Shown here piece by piece: positions 24,855 to 37,335 of a DNA stretch of 64,000 nt. Source of the DNA: Mobula hypostoma (lineage: Eukaryota); the NCBI RefSeq assembly GCF_963921235.1, contig NC_086100.1, forward strand, positions 202,866,001 through 202,930,000, given 5' to 3'. Each line of letters opens with the position of its first letter. Within the stretch, counting starts at the first letter, position 1. The position numbers were made by a program, and so were the translations under genes. Under the pieces are notes generated by a model. The model was not told the DNA's origin. It ran no database searches and saw nothing but the letters and a program-made list of their open reading frames with translations.

Positions 24855-25879
24855 TTGCATTTATCTTGTCTATACCCCTCATAATGTTGTATACCTCTAT
24901 TAAATCTCTACCACCGCTCTGTGGCTTCTTCCACAAAGCCAATATCTTATCCAATTTATGACCTCATCTTGAATGCCAAGTGACTGAGCCTTCTTGACCA
25001 ACCTCCCTTGCGGGACCTTGTTAAATGCCTTGCTACAGTTCATGTAGACAATATCCACTGCCTGGTAACTTTCTCAAAAAACTCTATGATTGATTGGTAG
25101 TGTATAGTGAGATTGTCAGGAAAGACAGGCAGCTGATTAGGCAAAATTGCAGTTAGTGTGATGGGCTGCAGTGTAAAAGGGGGATTGAATTAAAAAGGGT
25201 AACAAATACAGGACTGAGGTGTTATATTTGAATGCTGCAGTATAAGAAATAAGGTAGATGATCTTGTCGTGCAGTTACAGATTGGTAGGTATGGTGTCGT
25301 GGGTATCACGGAGACATGACTGAAAGACGATTGTGTTCGGGAGCCTAACATCCAATGAAACACAATCTATTGAAAGGTAGGCAGAGGAGGAGGAGTAGCT
25401 CACTGGTAAAAAATGAAATCAAATCTTCAGAAAGAGGTGACGTAGGATCCGAAGATGTAGAATACTTGTGAGTAGAGTTAAGAAACTGCAAGGGTAAGAA
25501 GACCGGATGGGAGTTATTTACAGATCTCTGAACAGTACCCTGGATGTGGTCTGCATATTACAGGGAGAGATAGAAAAAAAAAACATCAAAAGGACAATAT
25601 TATGTTAGTCATGGGGGGGGGGGGGGCGCAGTTCCAATATGCAGATTGGGAAAATGAAGTTGATGCTGAATTCCAAGAGAGAGAATTTGTGGAATACTTC
25701 TGCGTTTTGGAGCTGCTCATTGTTGAGCCCAGTAAGAGATTAGCAATTCTGGTTTGGGTCTTTTGTAATGATCTAGATATGATTAGTGAGCTAAAGGTAA
25801 AGGGACCCTTAGGAAATATAACGTAGAAATTTACAGCACATTACAGGCCCTTCAGCCCACAGTGAATAGTGATCATAAT

Positions 25880-27962
25880 ATAGAAACATAGAAAACCTAC
25901 AGCACAATACAGGGACTTCGGCCCACAAAGTTGTACTGAACATGTCCCTAACTTAGAAATTACTAGGGTTACCCATAGCCCTCTGTTTTCTAAGCTCCAT
26001 GTACCTATCTAAAAGTCTCTTAAAAGACCCTATCGTATTCGCCTCCGCCATCGTTATCGGCAGCCCATTCCACGTGTTCACCACTCTGCGTTAAAAAAAA
26101 ACTTACCCCTGACATCTCCTCTGTACCTACTCCCAGGCACCTTAAACCTGTGTCCTCTTGTGGCAACCATTTCAGCCCTGGGAAAAAGCCTCTGACTATC
26201 CACACAATCAATGCCTCTCATCATCTTATACACCTCTATCAGGTCACCTCTCAACCTCCGTCACTCCAAGGAGAAAAGGCTGAGTTCACTCAACCTGTCT
26301 TCATAAGGCATGCTCCCCAATCCAGGGAACATCCTTGTAAATCTCCTCTGCACCCTTTCTATGGTTTCCACATCCTTCCTGTAGTGAGGCAACAGAACTG
26401 AGCACAGTACTCCAAATGGAGTCTGACCAGGGCCCTATATAGCTGCAACATTACCTCTCGGCTCCTGAATTCAATTCCACAATTGATGAAGGCCAATACA
26501 CTGTATGCCTTCTTAACCACAGAGTCAACCTGCGCAGCTGCTTTGAGTGTCCTATGGACTTGGACCCCAAGATCCCTCTGATCCTCTACACTGCCAAGAA
26601 TCTTACCATTAATACTATATTCTGCATTCGTATTTGACCTACCAAAATGAACCACCTCACACTTATTTGGGCTGAACATCTGCCACTTCTCAGCCCAGTT
26701 TTGCATCCTATCAATGTCCCGTTGTAACCTCTGATAGCCCTCTACACTATCCACAACACCCCCAACCTTTGTGTCATCAGCGAACTTACTAATCCATCCC
26801 TTCACTTCCTTATCCAGGTCATTTATAAAAATCACGAAGAGTAAGGGTCCCAGAATGGATCCCTGAGGCACACCACTGGTCACTGACCTCCATGTAGAAT
26901 ATGACCCGTCTACAACCACTCTTTGCCTGCTGTGGGCAAGCCAGTTCTGGATCCACAAAGCAATGTGCCCTTGGATCCCATGCCTCCTTACTTTCTCAAT
27001 AAGCCTTGCACGGGGTACCTTATCAAATGCCTTGCTGAAATCCATATACACTATATATATTGCTCTAACTTCATCAATATGTTTAGTCACATCCTCAAAA
27101 AATTCAATCAGGCTCGTAAGGCATGTCCTGCCCTTTGACAAAGCCATGCTGACTATTCCTAACCATGTTATACCTCTCCAAATGTTCATCAATCCTGCCT
27201 CTCAGGATCTTCTCCATCAACTTACCAACCACTGAAGTAAGACTGACTGGTCTATAATTTGTTGGGCTATCTCAACTCCCTTTCTTGAATAAGGGAACAA
27301 CATCCACAACCCTCCAATCCTCCAGAACCTCTCCCGTCCCCATTGATGATGCAAAGATCATCGCCAGAGGCTCAGCAATCTCCTCCCTCACTTCCCACAG
27401 TAGCCTGGGGTACATCTCATCCGGTCCCGGTGACTTATCCAACTTGATGCTTTCCGAAAGCTCCAGCACATCCTCTTTTTTAATATCTTAATATCTACAT
27501 GCTCAAACTTCAGTCTGCTGCAAGTCATCACTACAATCACCAAGATCCTTTTCCATAGTGAATACTGAAGTATCTGCTATTCATCTGCTATTTCCTCCCG
27601 TTCCATACACACTTTCCCACTATCACACTTGATAGGCCCTATTCTTTCATGTCTTATCCTCTTGCTCTTCACATACTTGTAGAATGCCTTGGGGTTTTCC
27701 TTAATCCTGCCCGCCGAGGCCTTCTCATGGCCCCTTCTGGCTCTCCTAATTTCCTTTTTAAGCTCCTTCCTGTTAGCCTTATAATCTTCTAGATCTCTAA
27801 CATTACCTAGCCCTCTGAACCTTTTGTAAGCTTTTCTTCTTGACTAGATTTACTAGGGCCTTTGTACACCACGGTTCTTGTACCCGACCATAACTTCCCT
27901 GTCTCATTGGAACGTACCTATGCAGAACTCCACAAAAATATCCCCTGAACATTTGCCACATG
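25880..27962 (-). mobile_element. 5'-truncated CR1 with complete RT region
   Basis: ORFs 27272-27469, 26359-27192 (DFSKAFDKV, SKFADDTK) and 26020-26211; same family as 5-2597. Confidence 0.9.
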
Positions 27963-28418
27963 TGATAGACAGATGAATTCACCCTGCAATTTGAGAGAGA
28001 GAAGCTAAAGTCAGATGTATCAGTATTACAGTGGAATAAAGGGATTTACAGAAATATGTGCGAGGAGCTGGACGAAGTTGATTGGAAAGGGACACGAGCA
28101 GGGATGACAGCAGTGGCTAGCAATGGCTGGAGTTTCTGGGAGCTATTCGTAAGGCACAGGATAGATACGTCTCAAAGAAATGGAAGTATTCTTAAGGCAG
28201 GATGACACAATTGTTGCTGACAAGGGAAGTCAAAGTCAACATGAAAGTGAAAGAGGGCATATAACAGAGCAAACATTAGTTGGAAGTTAGAGGGTTGGGA
28301 AATTTTTAAAAACTAACAGAGGCAACTAAGAAAACACAATGAGTGGGGAGAAAGGTGAGATATGAAGGTAAGCTAGCCAGTAATATCAACAATGATACCA
28401 AAAGTTTTTTCAGGTATA

Positions 28419-28959
28419 CTGTGGCATGCAAAAGTTTGGGCACCCCGGTCAAAATTTCTGTTACTGAGAATAGCTAAGTGAGTAAAAGATGAACTGATTT
28501 CCAAAGACATGAAGTTAAAGATGACACATTAATATTTTAAGCAAGAAAACTTTTTTTTAATTTCCAGCTTTTACAGTTTCAAAATAACATAAAAAAAGGG
28601 TCTGAAGCAAAAGTCTGGGCACCCTGCATGGCAGTACTTAATAACACCCACTTTGTCAAGTATCACAGCTTGTAAACTCTTCTTGTAGCCAAAGGCATTT
28701 ACAAGCTGTGATACTTGTCAAAGGCAGTGTTACTAAGTACTACCATGCTGGGTGCCCAAACTTTTGCTTTGGGCCCTTTTCCTTTTTTGTTATTTTGAAA
28801 CTGTAAAAGATGGAAATAAAAAAGTATTCTTGCTTAAAATATTAAAGAAATGTGTCATTAACTTTATGCCTTTTGGAAATCAGGTCATCTTTTACTCGCT
28901 TAGCTATTCACAGTAACAGAAATTTTGACCAGAGGTGCCCAAACTTTTGCATTGCACTG
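28419..28959. mobile_element. Non-autonomous Tc1/mariner foldback MITE (541 bp)
   Basis: TA on both sides (28417-18, 28960-61); ends CTGTGGCATGCAAAAGTTTGGGCACC / GGTGCCCAAACTTTTGCATTGCACTG; arms of about 260 bp each with an inner repeat of the terminal motif. Confidence 0.92.
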
Positions 28960-29237
28960 TATAAGGAGTGAAAGAGAGGCAAGTGTAGATTTTGGATCAC
29001 TAAAATAATGTGGCCATCACTGAATCGTGGCTGAAGGATGGTTGTAGTGGGGAGCTGAATGTCCAAGGTTACACATTATATGGGAGGGATAGGAAGGTAG
29101 GCTGAGAGAGTGGTGTGGTAAAGAATGGTATCAAATCAGTAGAAAGATGTGACATAGGATCAGAAGATGTTGAATCCTTGTGGGTTAAATTAAGAAACTG
29201 CAAGGGTAAAAGGACGTTGATGGCAGTTATATACAGG

Positions 29238-30848
29238 TGTAAAACTTGGCTCGATCAACTCACGTTCGTCTAGGGGTGTTACGTACTCACAACCCTGAGG
29301 AAAGTACTGGTTACTGCATGTAACATTAACAGCAATAGAACACATCTGGAGTCTGGTTTTGCCGTGAACAAAAACTGTTTCATTAGTAACTACTAGTAAA
29401 CTTAAACCAGATAATCCAAGAGTTAGATGTTAGGCATATATAGGTGTATAGTTAAAGTTCCCAAACTTAACAAGCTCAGGTGGTAAAATGATACAGTCTT
29501 ATGATGGTGTGGTAAGCAAATTCAGTTCAATTCATGGGATTGAAGTGAGAGACAGGATTTGTAATCCAAACAAACAAATGTCGTCGATCTTCTCGTTGTC
29601 CTCCGAATCCTTCTCAGCCAAATTGACTACAGAAAAGGGGGTCCCTTCTTGTAGTGGTGAACCACCCACCCAGGTGAGGGTTCAACACACCGGTGGCTCC
29701 CACAGGGTCACCCTTACACGCACGGCGATGACCACTGATCGACCTCTTCTGATCGATCCACAACCCCCCTCGTGGGCACTCAAAGAGCTCAGTGACTCTT
29801 TCGTCACCAGCCTGTATGCATCTCCTCTGTGTGTCTGCAGGAAAGACAGTTCACCTTGCTTAAAAGCAGTCACACTGAATACCAGCCATCCATCATGTAA
29901 CTCCTCCTCTCTCGCTGTCTCGCTGTCTCTCTCTCTCTCTCTCTCTATCTCAACTCAAGAGTCCGTCACGAGGAGAAATTGCCGTCTGCCTGCTATACTA
30001 TGTCTCCCGTTTGCGTAGATGCTGTGTAATGCACCCCGGTACAAACCCACAGCGTAAAACAGCAGACAGTACACAATATGCGATTTAAATGATTCCACTT
30101 TATAACTCTTATTTTGTGATGTGGTTAGTAGAAAAGCAAAATAGTAAAGAAAAGGCACCATTTTAGTTGATTTTAACCAGGCCATGCACAAGTAAATCCG
30201 TTGGAGGTCACGGAACCAGGTCTCCTTTCCACCAACCGATCTCCTCCGAACTCCGTCGGCTCTCAGCTGGGACCAGACCCGGTGGTCTACCAGAGCAATC
30301 CACACGCGTCCGTCCTCTTCCCTTCTCCTCGACGAAAGCCGGCACAGTAACTCCAGCTCCCACGCATACAAAATAGAATAACGTGACTTCCATTGGTTAT
30401 TCCCCGTTATCTGCAGTTATAGCCCAAACATCGCAGCTGCAGAGAAACATTACCTCATCAGAGAAGCCATTTCATTATTAGCAGTTAACATTACTGAGAA
30501 CCCCCCTACATTCTCCCCCCACCAAATTTAGTCATGCCCTCATGACGCTCAGATAATTCGCCAACCCTTCCTGCAAAACACAGAGCCCAATCCAAGTGCA
30601 GAAAGCAGTGACATAACTCCCCAAAGCAGTAGAGATCACACCCTGTTCCCCAGACGCTACATAGGCCCTATCTGGGCGGGCGGGGGGGGGGAGGTTCCTA
30701 ATCCTCTGACACCTCCGTACCCCCTCTTCTAACTCTTCAGGCTCAGACACTACTGGAGACACTTTGGGGCTACCTGGTGAAACATCCCACGATCTGTCAC
30801 TCAAACCCCCCTGTCTTGTGTTCAGGCCCCACCTCCTCTCCTTCAGAG
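29238..30848 (-). mobile_element. Gypsy-like LTR retrotransposon 3' remnant (pol tail, PPT, 3' LTR 29238-30510)
   Basis: ORF 30532-30855 has VRRCQRIR..PP..PDR, like Gypsy integrase C-terminal tails; purine tract GGTGGGGGGAGAA directly before TGTA on -; LTR ends TACA at 29238. Confidence 0.75.
29277..29970. mobile_element. Possible solo LTR nested within the Gypsy LTR
   Basis: Termini TGTTACG...CGTCACG; flanks agggg / aggag resemble a 5-bp TSD with one mismatch. Confidence 0.45.
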
Positions 30849-31275
30849 TACTCACTGGAATTCAGAAGGATGGGGTTGAGGGATTTCACTGAAACCTTTT
30901 GAATGTTGAAAAGTCTAGACAGAGTAGATGTGGAAAGGATGTTTCCCATGATGGGAGAGTTTAGGACAAGAGGGCACAGCCTCAGGGTAGAGGGACACCC
31001 TTTCAAAACAGAGATGTGGAGAACTTCTTTAGCCAAAGGGTGGTGAATTTGTGGAGTTTGTTGCCACATGCAGCTGAAGAAGCCAGGTTGTTGGGTGTAT
31101 TTAAGGCAGAGATTGATAGGTTCTTGATTGGACATGGCGTCAAAGGTTAGTGGGAGAGGGCCGGGAAATGGGGTTGAGGAGGAGATAAAAAGGATCAGCT
31201 ATGATTGAATGACGGAGCAGACTTGATGGGCCAGATGGCCTAATTCTGCTCCTGTGTCTTATGGTCTTATGGTCT
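30849..31275 (+). mobile_element. CR1 3' end
   Basis: RGHSLRV..FFSQRVVNLW-type sequence; tail tcttatggtcttatggtct. Confidence 0.8.
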
Positions 31276-31384
31276 AAAATGATGCTGGAGATACAATAAT
31301 GGGGATAAGGAAATGGTAGATCAACTGAATAAATATTTTGCACCAGTATGTCAGAATTTCGAGAGTGTCATGGGGCAGAAGTTA

Positions 31385-31529
31385 CACACATAAAAGTTGC
31401 TGGTGAACACAGCAGACCACCAGCAACTTTTATGTGTGTTGCTCCGTCATTCAATCATAGCTGATCCTTTTTATCTCCTCCTCAACCCCATTTCCCGGCC
31501 CTCTCCCACTAACCTTTGATTTCCTTGTG
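31385..31529. other. Composite 145-bp insertion: Penelope-end hairpin plus inverted copy of local DNA, 14-bp TSD
   Basis: TSD tggggcagaagtta at 31371-31384 and 31530-31543; 22-bp stem 31384-31405 / 31418-31439; 31440-31519 is the exact reverse complement of 31140-31219. Confidence 0.9.
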
Positions 31530-31984
31530 TGGGGCAGAAGTTAGTACAGTTGCTAGGGAGATGGTGCTTAGGAAATTGAAAGGTCTGAAGGCAGATGAGT
31601 TCCCTGGAACTGACTGACTACACCCCAGGGTTCTAGAAGTAGCTGAAGAGATTGTGGAGGCATTAGTAATGATCTTTCAAGAAATAATTGATCTGGCATA
31701 ATTCCGGAGCATGGCAAAATTCAAGAAGGGAGAGAGGCAGAAAAAGGTAAATTATAGGCCAGTTAGCCTGACCTTAATGGTTTGGAAGAAGTTGGTGCGG
31801 TTTTCATGTTCTTGGAGGCACATGACAAAATAGGCCAAAGTCGGCAGGGTTTCTTTAAGGGAAAACCTTGCTTGACAAATTTGTTGGCTTAATTTGAAGA
31901 AATAACAATCAAGATAGACAAAGGAGAATTGGTGGATGTTGTGTACTTGGATTTTCAGAAAGCCTTTGACAAGGTGCTGCACGT

Positions 31985-32875
31985 GGTAGTGACCACAACT
32001 CTATCTCCTTCTCCATACTGCTGGAGAGGGATAGGAGCAGACAATTTGGGAAAATATTTAACTGGCGTAAGGGGAAATATGATGCTATCAGGCAGGAACT
32101 TGGGAGCACAAGTTGGAAACAGATGTTCTCAGGGAAATGCACAGCAGACTTGTGACAAATGTTCAGGGAAGTGTTCTGCATGGGTATGTTTCATTGAGGC
32201 AGGGAAAGTATGGTAGGGTTGAAGTACCATGGTGTACAAAGGACGTAGAAAATCTAGTTAAGAAGAAAAGAAAAGCTTTCAAAAGGTTTAAGAAATTAGC
32301 TACTATTAGAGTTCTAGAAAATTACAAGGTTGCTAGGAAGGAGCTTAAGAATGGAGAGCTAGAAGGGGCTATGAGAAGGCCTTGGTGAGCAGGATTAAGG
32401 GAAACCCCAAGGCATTGGACAAGTATGTGAAGAGCAAGGGGATGAGCCATGTGAGAATAGGACCGATCAGGTACGATAGTGGAAATGTGTGCATGAAGTC
32501 AGAGGAGGTCGCGGAGGTACTTAATGAATACTTTGCTTCAGTATTCACCAGGGAAAAGGACCTTGGCCATTGTGAGGATGACTTACAGCGGACTGAAATG
32601 CTTGAGCATATAGACATTAAGAAACAGGATGTGCTGGAGCTTTTGAAAAGCATTAAGCTAGATAAGTCACTGGGACTGGATGAGATATGGAATGCATTGC
32701 TGGCGGCGGTGGTAGAAGCGGATATGATTGGGTCTTTTAAGAGCCTCTTAGATAGGTATATCGAGCTTAGAAAAATAGAGGGCTATGTACTAGGGAAATT
32801 CTAGGCAGTTACGTGCTCGGCACAATGTTGTGGGCCGAAGGGCCTGTAATGTACTGTAAATTTCTAAGTTCTAAG
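31985..32875 (+). mobile_element. RT-less CR1 deletion derivative (subfamily B), second copy
   Basis: ORF 32382-32804 reads LDKSLGLDEI-WNALLAAVVEAD, skipping the whole RT. Confidence 0.85.
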
Positions 32876-33017
32876 GTAAGAGCCTAGGGTATTGCAGGAA
32901 AGATACTAGCATGGATAGAGCATTGGCTGAATGGCAGGAGACAGAGTTGGGAACAAAGGGATCCTTTTTGGATGGGCTGCTGATGACCAGTAGTTTTTTT
33001 TAGGGTTCTGTTTACTT

Positions 33018-33255
33018 AGAAAACCTACAGCACAACACAGGCCCTTTGGCCCACAAAGCTGTGCTGAACAGGTCCTTACCTGAGAACTACCTGGGCTTAC
33101 CCATAGCCCTCTATTTTTCGAAGCTCCATGTACCTGTCCAGGAGTCTCTTAAAAAACCCTATCGAATCCGCCTCCACCACCATTGCTGGCAGCCCATTCC
33201 ACGCGCTCACCACTCTCTGAGTAAAAAACTTACCCCGACTTCTCGTCTGTACCTT
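33018..33255 (-). mobile_element. CR1 3' end
   Basis: agaaaacctacagcac..ggcccttggcccac tail as at 2757. Confidence 0.8.
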
Positions 33256-33440
33256 AGATATTTACATTTTATATCAACGACTTGGATGAAGGAATTTATG
33301 CCTTTGTGGCCAATATGCAGATAGGAAGAGGGGTGGAGGGACAGGTAGTTCTGGGGAAGCAGAGAGCTAAAGAAGGACTTCAACAGATTAGGAGAAAGGG
33401 CAACAAAGTGACAGATGGAATATTGTGTCAGAAAGTGTTT

Positions 33441-34217
33441 AGTCATAGTCATAGTCATACTTTGTGATCCCGGGGGGAAATTGGTTTTCATTACAGTTGC
33501 ACCATAAAAAATAGTAATAGAACCATAAATAGTTAAATAGTAATATGTAAATTATGCCAGTAAGTTATGAAATAAGTCCAGGACCAGCCTATTGGCTCAG
33601 GGTGTCTGACCCTCCAAGGGAGGAGTTGTAAAGTTTGATAGCCACAGGCAGGAATGACTTCCTATGATGCTCTGTGCTGCATCTCGGTGGAATGAATCTC
33701 TGAATGTACTCCTGTGCCCACCCAGTACATTATGTAGTGGATGGGAGACATTGACCAAGATGGTATGCAACTTAGACAGCATCCTCTTTTCAGACACCAC
33801 TGTGAGAGAGTCCAGTTTCATCTCCACAACATCACTGGCCTTACGAATGAGTTTGTTGATTCTGTTGGTGTCTGCTACCCTCAGCCTGCTGCCCCAGCAC
33901 ACAACAGCAAACATGATCGCACTGGCCACCACAGACTCGCAGGACATCCTCAGCATCGTCTGTCAGATATTAAAGGACCGCAGTCTCCTCAGGAAATAGA
34001 GACGGCTCTGACCCTTCATGTAGACAGCTTCAGTGTTCTTTAACCAGTCCAGTTTATTGTCAATCGTATCCCCAGGTATTTGTAATCCTCCACCATGTCC
34101 ACACTGACCCCCTGGATGGAAACAGGGGTCACCAGTACCTTAGCTCTCCTCAGGTCTACCACCAGCTCCTTAGTCTTTTTCACATTAAGCTGCAGATAAT
34201 TCTGCTCACACCATGTG
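33441..34217 (-). mobile_element. Rex1/Babar-like LINE 3' fragment with (GACTAT)n tail
   Basis: LQLNVKKTKELVVDLRR..YKYLG (34040-34243) and SVVASAIMFAVVCWG (33597-33956); tagtca repeats. Confidence 0.75.
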
Positions 34218-35210
34218 TGGCCATGCACTTTGGTAGAAGACATAAAAGTGTAGACTATTTTCTAAATGGAGAAAAAATTAAAAAATCTGAGGTTGAAAGA
34301 GACTTGGGAGTCCTTGTGCAGGACTCCCTAAAGGTTAATTTAGAGGTTGAATTGGTAGCGAGGAAGGCGAATCCAACGTTAACATTCATTCCGAGAGGAC
34401 TAGAATATTAAAAACAAGGATGTAATCCTGAGGGTGTGTGAGGCCTCACTTGGGGTATTGTGAGCAGTTTTGGGCCCCTTATTTAAACTAGGATGTGCTG
34501 ACATTGGAGAGGGTTCAGAGCAGGTTCACGAAAATGATTCCGGGAATGAAAGTGATTGGAAGCACTGGACCTCTAGTTGCTGGAGTTTAGAAGAAAGTTG
34601 GGGGGTGGGGAGATCTCACTGAAACTTACAGAATGTTGAAAGGCCTCTAGAGTGGATGTGGAGATTATGCTCCTTGGTGAGGGGAAGTTAGGACCGGAGG
34701 GCACAGCCTCAAAATAGACAGACAATAATTTAGATGAGGAGAAATTTCTGTAGCCAGAGAGTGGTTAATCTGTGGAATTCATTGCCACATTATGGAGGCC
34801 AGGTCACTGGGTGCGCTTAAAGTGGAAACTGATAGGTTCTTGATTAGTCAGGGTGTGAAAGGTTATGGGGAGAAGGCAGGAGAATCGGGTTGAGAGGGAA
34901 ATGGTGGAGTAGACTCGCTGAGCTGAGTGGACTAATTATTCTGCGGTTATATCATATGATCTTGCGGTCTAATATTTTTACTCAGTTCCTGAAATGCACT
35001 GCTTGAGAGGAGTGGAAAAGGCAGGTACTTTCACAGCATTTCAGATATATTTGGATATTAATTACTATTTTCCATGGGAAACAGAATGAGTATAGATATA
35101 TATATGTGCTTGGCAGCATGAACAGGGTATACTGAAGGTCCTATTTCCATGTTGTATGACTCTAGTCAGTTTAAAATTGTTGAGAGGGTTTGTTAGTTTT
35201 CATTTTTATT

Positions 35211-35305
35211 TCAGTTGTGACAAAGGGTCTTTGATCTGAATGTTAACTTTGTTTCCCTTTCAACAGATGCTGCCTAACCTTTCTGTTTCCAGCATTTTTT
35301 GTACA
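35211..35305 (+). mobile_element. Decayed Penelope terminal repeat (hammerhead core destroyed)
   Basis: tgacaaagggtctttgatctgaatgttaact..agatgctgcctaacc..ttccagcatttt aligns by eye with 40467-40560. Confidence 0.6.
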
Positions 35306-35321
35306 TATTGCCTCAGGAAAT

Positions 35322-37335
35322 TAACACAAGAGCACTACAGCACAGTAGAGAGCCTTCGATATTGTGCTGACCTTTTAACCACCTCTAAAACCAATCTAAT
35401 CCTTGCCTCCTATCATTTATGTGCCAATGTAACATTTTCTTAAATTCCCTAATGTATCCGCCTCTACTACCACCCCTGGTAGCACATTGCTCACTCCCAC
35501 CGTTCTCTGTGGCGGTGGGGGGGGGGGGGCGTGATTTGAGAGGGATCCTACCTCTGACATACCCTTCCCCCCCCCATACTTTCCTTCAATCATCTTAAAA
35601 TTACGCCCCCTCATTTTAGCCATTTCTGTCCTGGGAAAAAGTTCTCTGGTTGCCCACTTAATCTCTGCTCTTCTCGTCTTGTACAGCTATCAAATTACCT
35701 CTTTTCCTTCTTCTCTCCAAAGTATTCTCATAAGACATGCACTCTAATTCGGGCAGCATCCTGCGAAATCTCCTCTGCACCCTCTCAAAAGTTTCCACAC
35801 CCTTCCCATGATGAGGCATCCAGAACTGAAGATAATATTGCGAGTGTGGTCTAACTAGAGTTTTATAGAGTAGCAATATTACCTCATGGCTCTTGAACTC
35901 AATCCCCATCTAATTCAATCCAAACTCCATACGCCTTCTTAACAACCCTGTCAACATGTGTGGCCGTTTTGAGGATCTACGGACGTTGACCACAAGATTC
36001 CTCTCTTTCTCCAGACTGCTAAGAATCCTACCATTAATCTTGTATTCTACCTTCAAGTTCAACCTTCCAAAGTGAATCACTTCACACTTTAACGGGTTGA
36101 ATTCATCTGCAACTTCTTAGCCTAGCTTTGTAACCTGTGAATGTCCCATTGTAACTTGAAAAACCTCCTACACTATTGACAACTTTCATGTCATCTGTGA
36201 ACTTACTAACCCACCCTTGCACTTCTTCATGCAAATCATTTATAAAAGTCACAAAGAGCAGGGGTCCCAGAATAGATCCCTGCAGAACACCACTGGTCAC
36301 TGATCACCAAGCACAATATAATCCATCTACTGCCTTTTATGGGTAAGCTAGTTCTGTATCCACACAGCCAAGGTTCTCTGGATCCCATGCCTTGTGATTT
36401 TCTGAATGAGCCTACCATAGGGAAACATATGACGTTGCTTCGAATTTTTTTACAGCTGCGTGGACCATTCATTGTTCTGAGCGGGAAATTTCTACACGTC
36501 CTGAAAACTGTGTGACTTTTTGTATTGACATGAAATAAAAGAAAATCCTAGCTGCACAGCAACAAAGGTTACGTGTGCGGGGGCATTTCAGTTATTGCAT
36601 GGCTGCGCACCCACACAGCTTAGAGGGAACAGTACTAATCAAATATCTTACCAATTACATATATACAACATCCACTGCTCTACTTTCATCAATGTTTCCA
36701 ATAGTGGGGGAGTCTAGGCCCAGATGGCATAGCCTCAGACTACATGGAGTTCCTTTAGGATGGAGATGAGGAGGAATTTCTTCAGCCAGCAGGTGGTGAA
36801 TCTGTGAAACTCATTGCCACAGTTGTGGAGGTGTGTCATTGGGTATACTGAAGCGGAGTTTGATAGATTCTTGATTAGCCAGGGTGTCAAATGTTATGGA
36901 AGAAGCAGGAGACTGGGGTTGAGAGGGTCGATAAAGCAGCCACAATGGTCTAATTCTGCTTATGGTCTTATGTTCTTCTTCATATTGCAAAGAATTTAAT
37001 CAAGCTCTTAAGGCTGCTTCTCATAAAGCCAGGCTGATTGTTCCCAATCAGACTATTCTTCTCCAATGCTCATGAATTCTGTCTCTAAGAATCTTCTCCA
37101 ATAGTTTTCCCACCACTGAAGTAAGACTCACTGGTCTATAATTCCAAGGGTTATCCTTACTCCCTTTCTTGAACAAGGGAATGAGATTTGCCGCCCTTCA
37201 AATGTTTGGTATTACTCGTGTCCAGTGAGGATCCAAAGACTTTAACCAAAGGCACAACAACCTCTTCCCTCACTTCCCATAGTAATCTGGGTATACCCTG
37301 TGTGGACCTGAGGACTTACCTATCCTAATGTTGTT
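35322..37335 (-). mobile_element. Degenerate CR1 with internal insertions
   Basis: ORFs 35417-35623, 35658-35909 and 36103-36300 (SKFTDDMK); a + strand CR1 3' piece at ~36690-36980. Confidence 0.7.
36428..36633. mobile_element. Non-CR1 insertion, possibly one end of a hAT-like non-autonomous element
   Basis: Interrupts the CR1; ends CAGCTTAGAGGGAACAGT, resembling from memory a hAT-type terminus; other end not seen. Confidence 0.35.

Larger units (their letters stand above)
21260..25085 (-). mobile_element. Degenerate CR1 3' fragments hosting an L1 insertion
   Basis: CR1 3'-end sequence 21260-21583 resumes at ~24872 (atacccctcataat..). Confidence 0.65.
25090..29237 (+). mobile_element. Old CR1 EN-region fragments serving as host for younger insertions
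   Basis: Decayed EN sequence (LYLNA..IRNKVDDL, SEDVESLWV.LRN) resuming after each insertion; EN segment present twice (~25290 and ~29010). Confidence 0.6.
31276..34970 (+). mobile_element. Old CR1 (RT to tail) hosting at least four insertions
   Basis: VVYLDFQKAFDKV (ORF 31929); resumes at ~32876, ~33256 and ~34218. Confidence 0.7.

Noticed and set aside
29488..30371. ORFs 29488-30018 and 29955-30371 as genes
   Set aside because: They lie within LTR-like sequence, span a microsatellite and show no recognisable domain.
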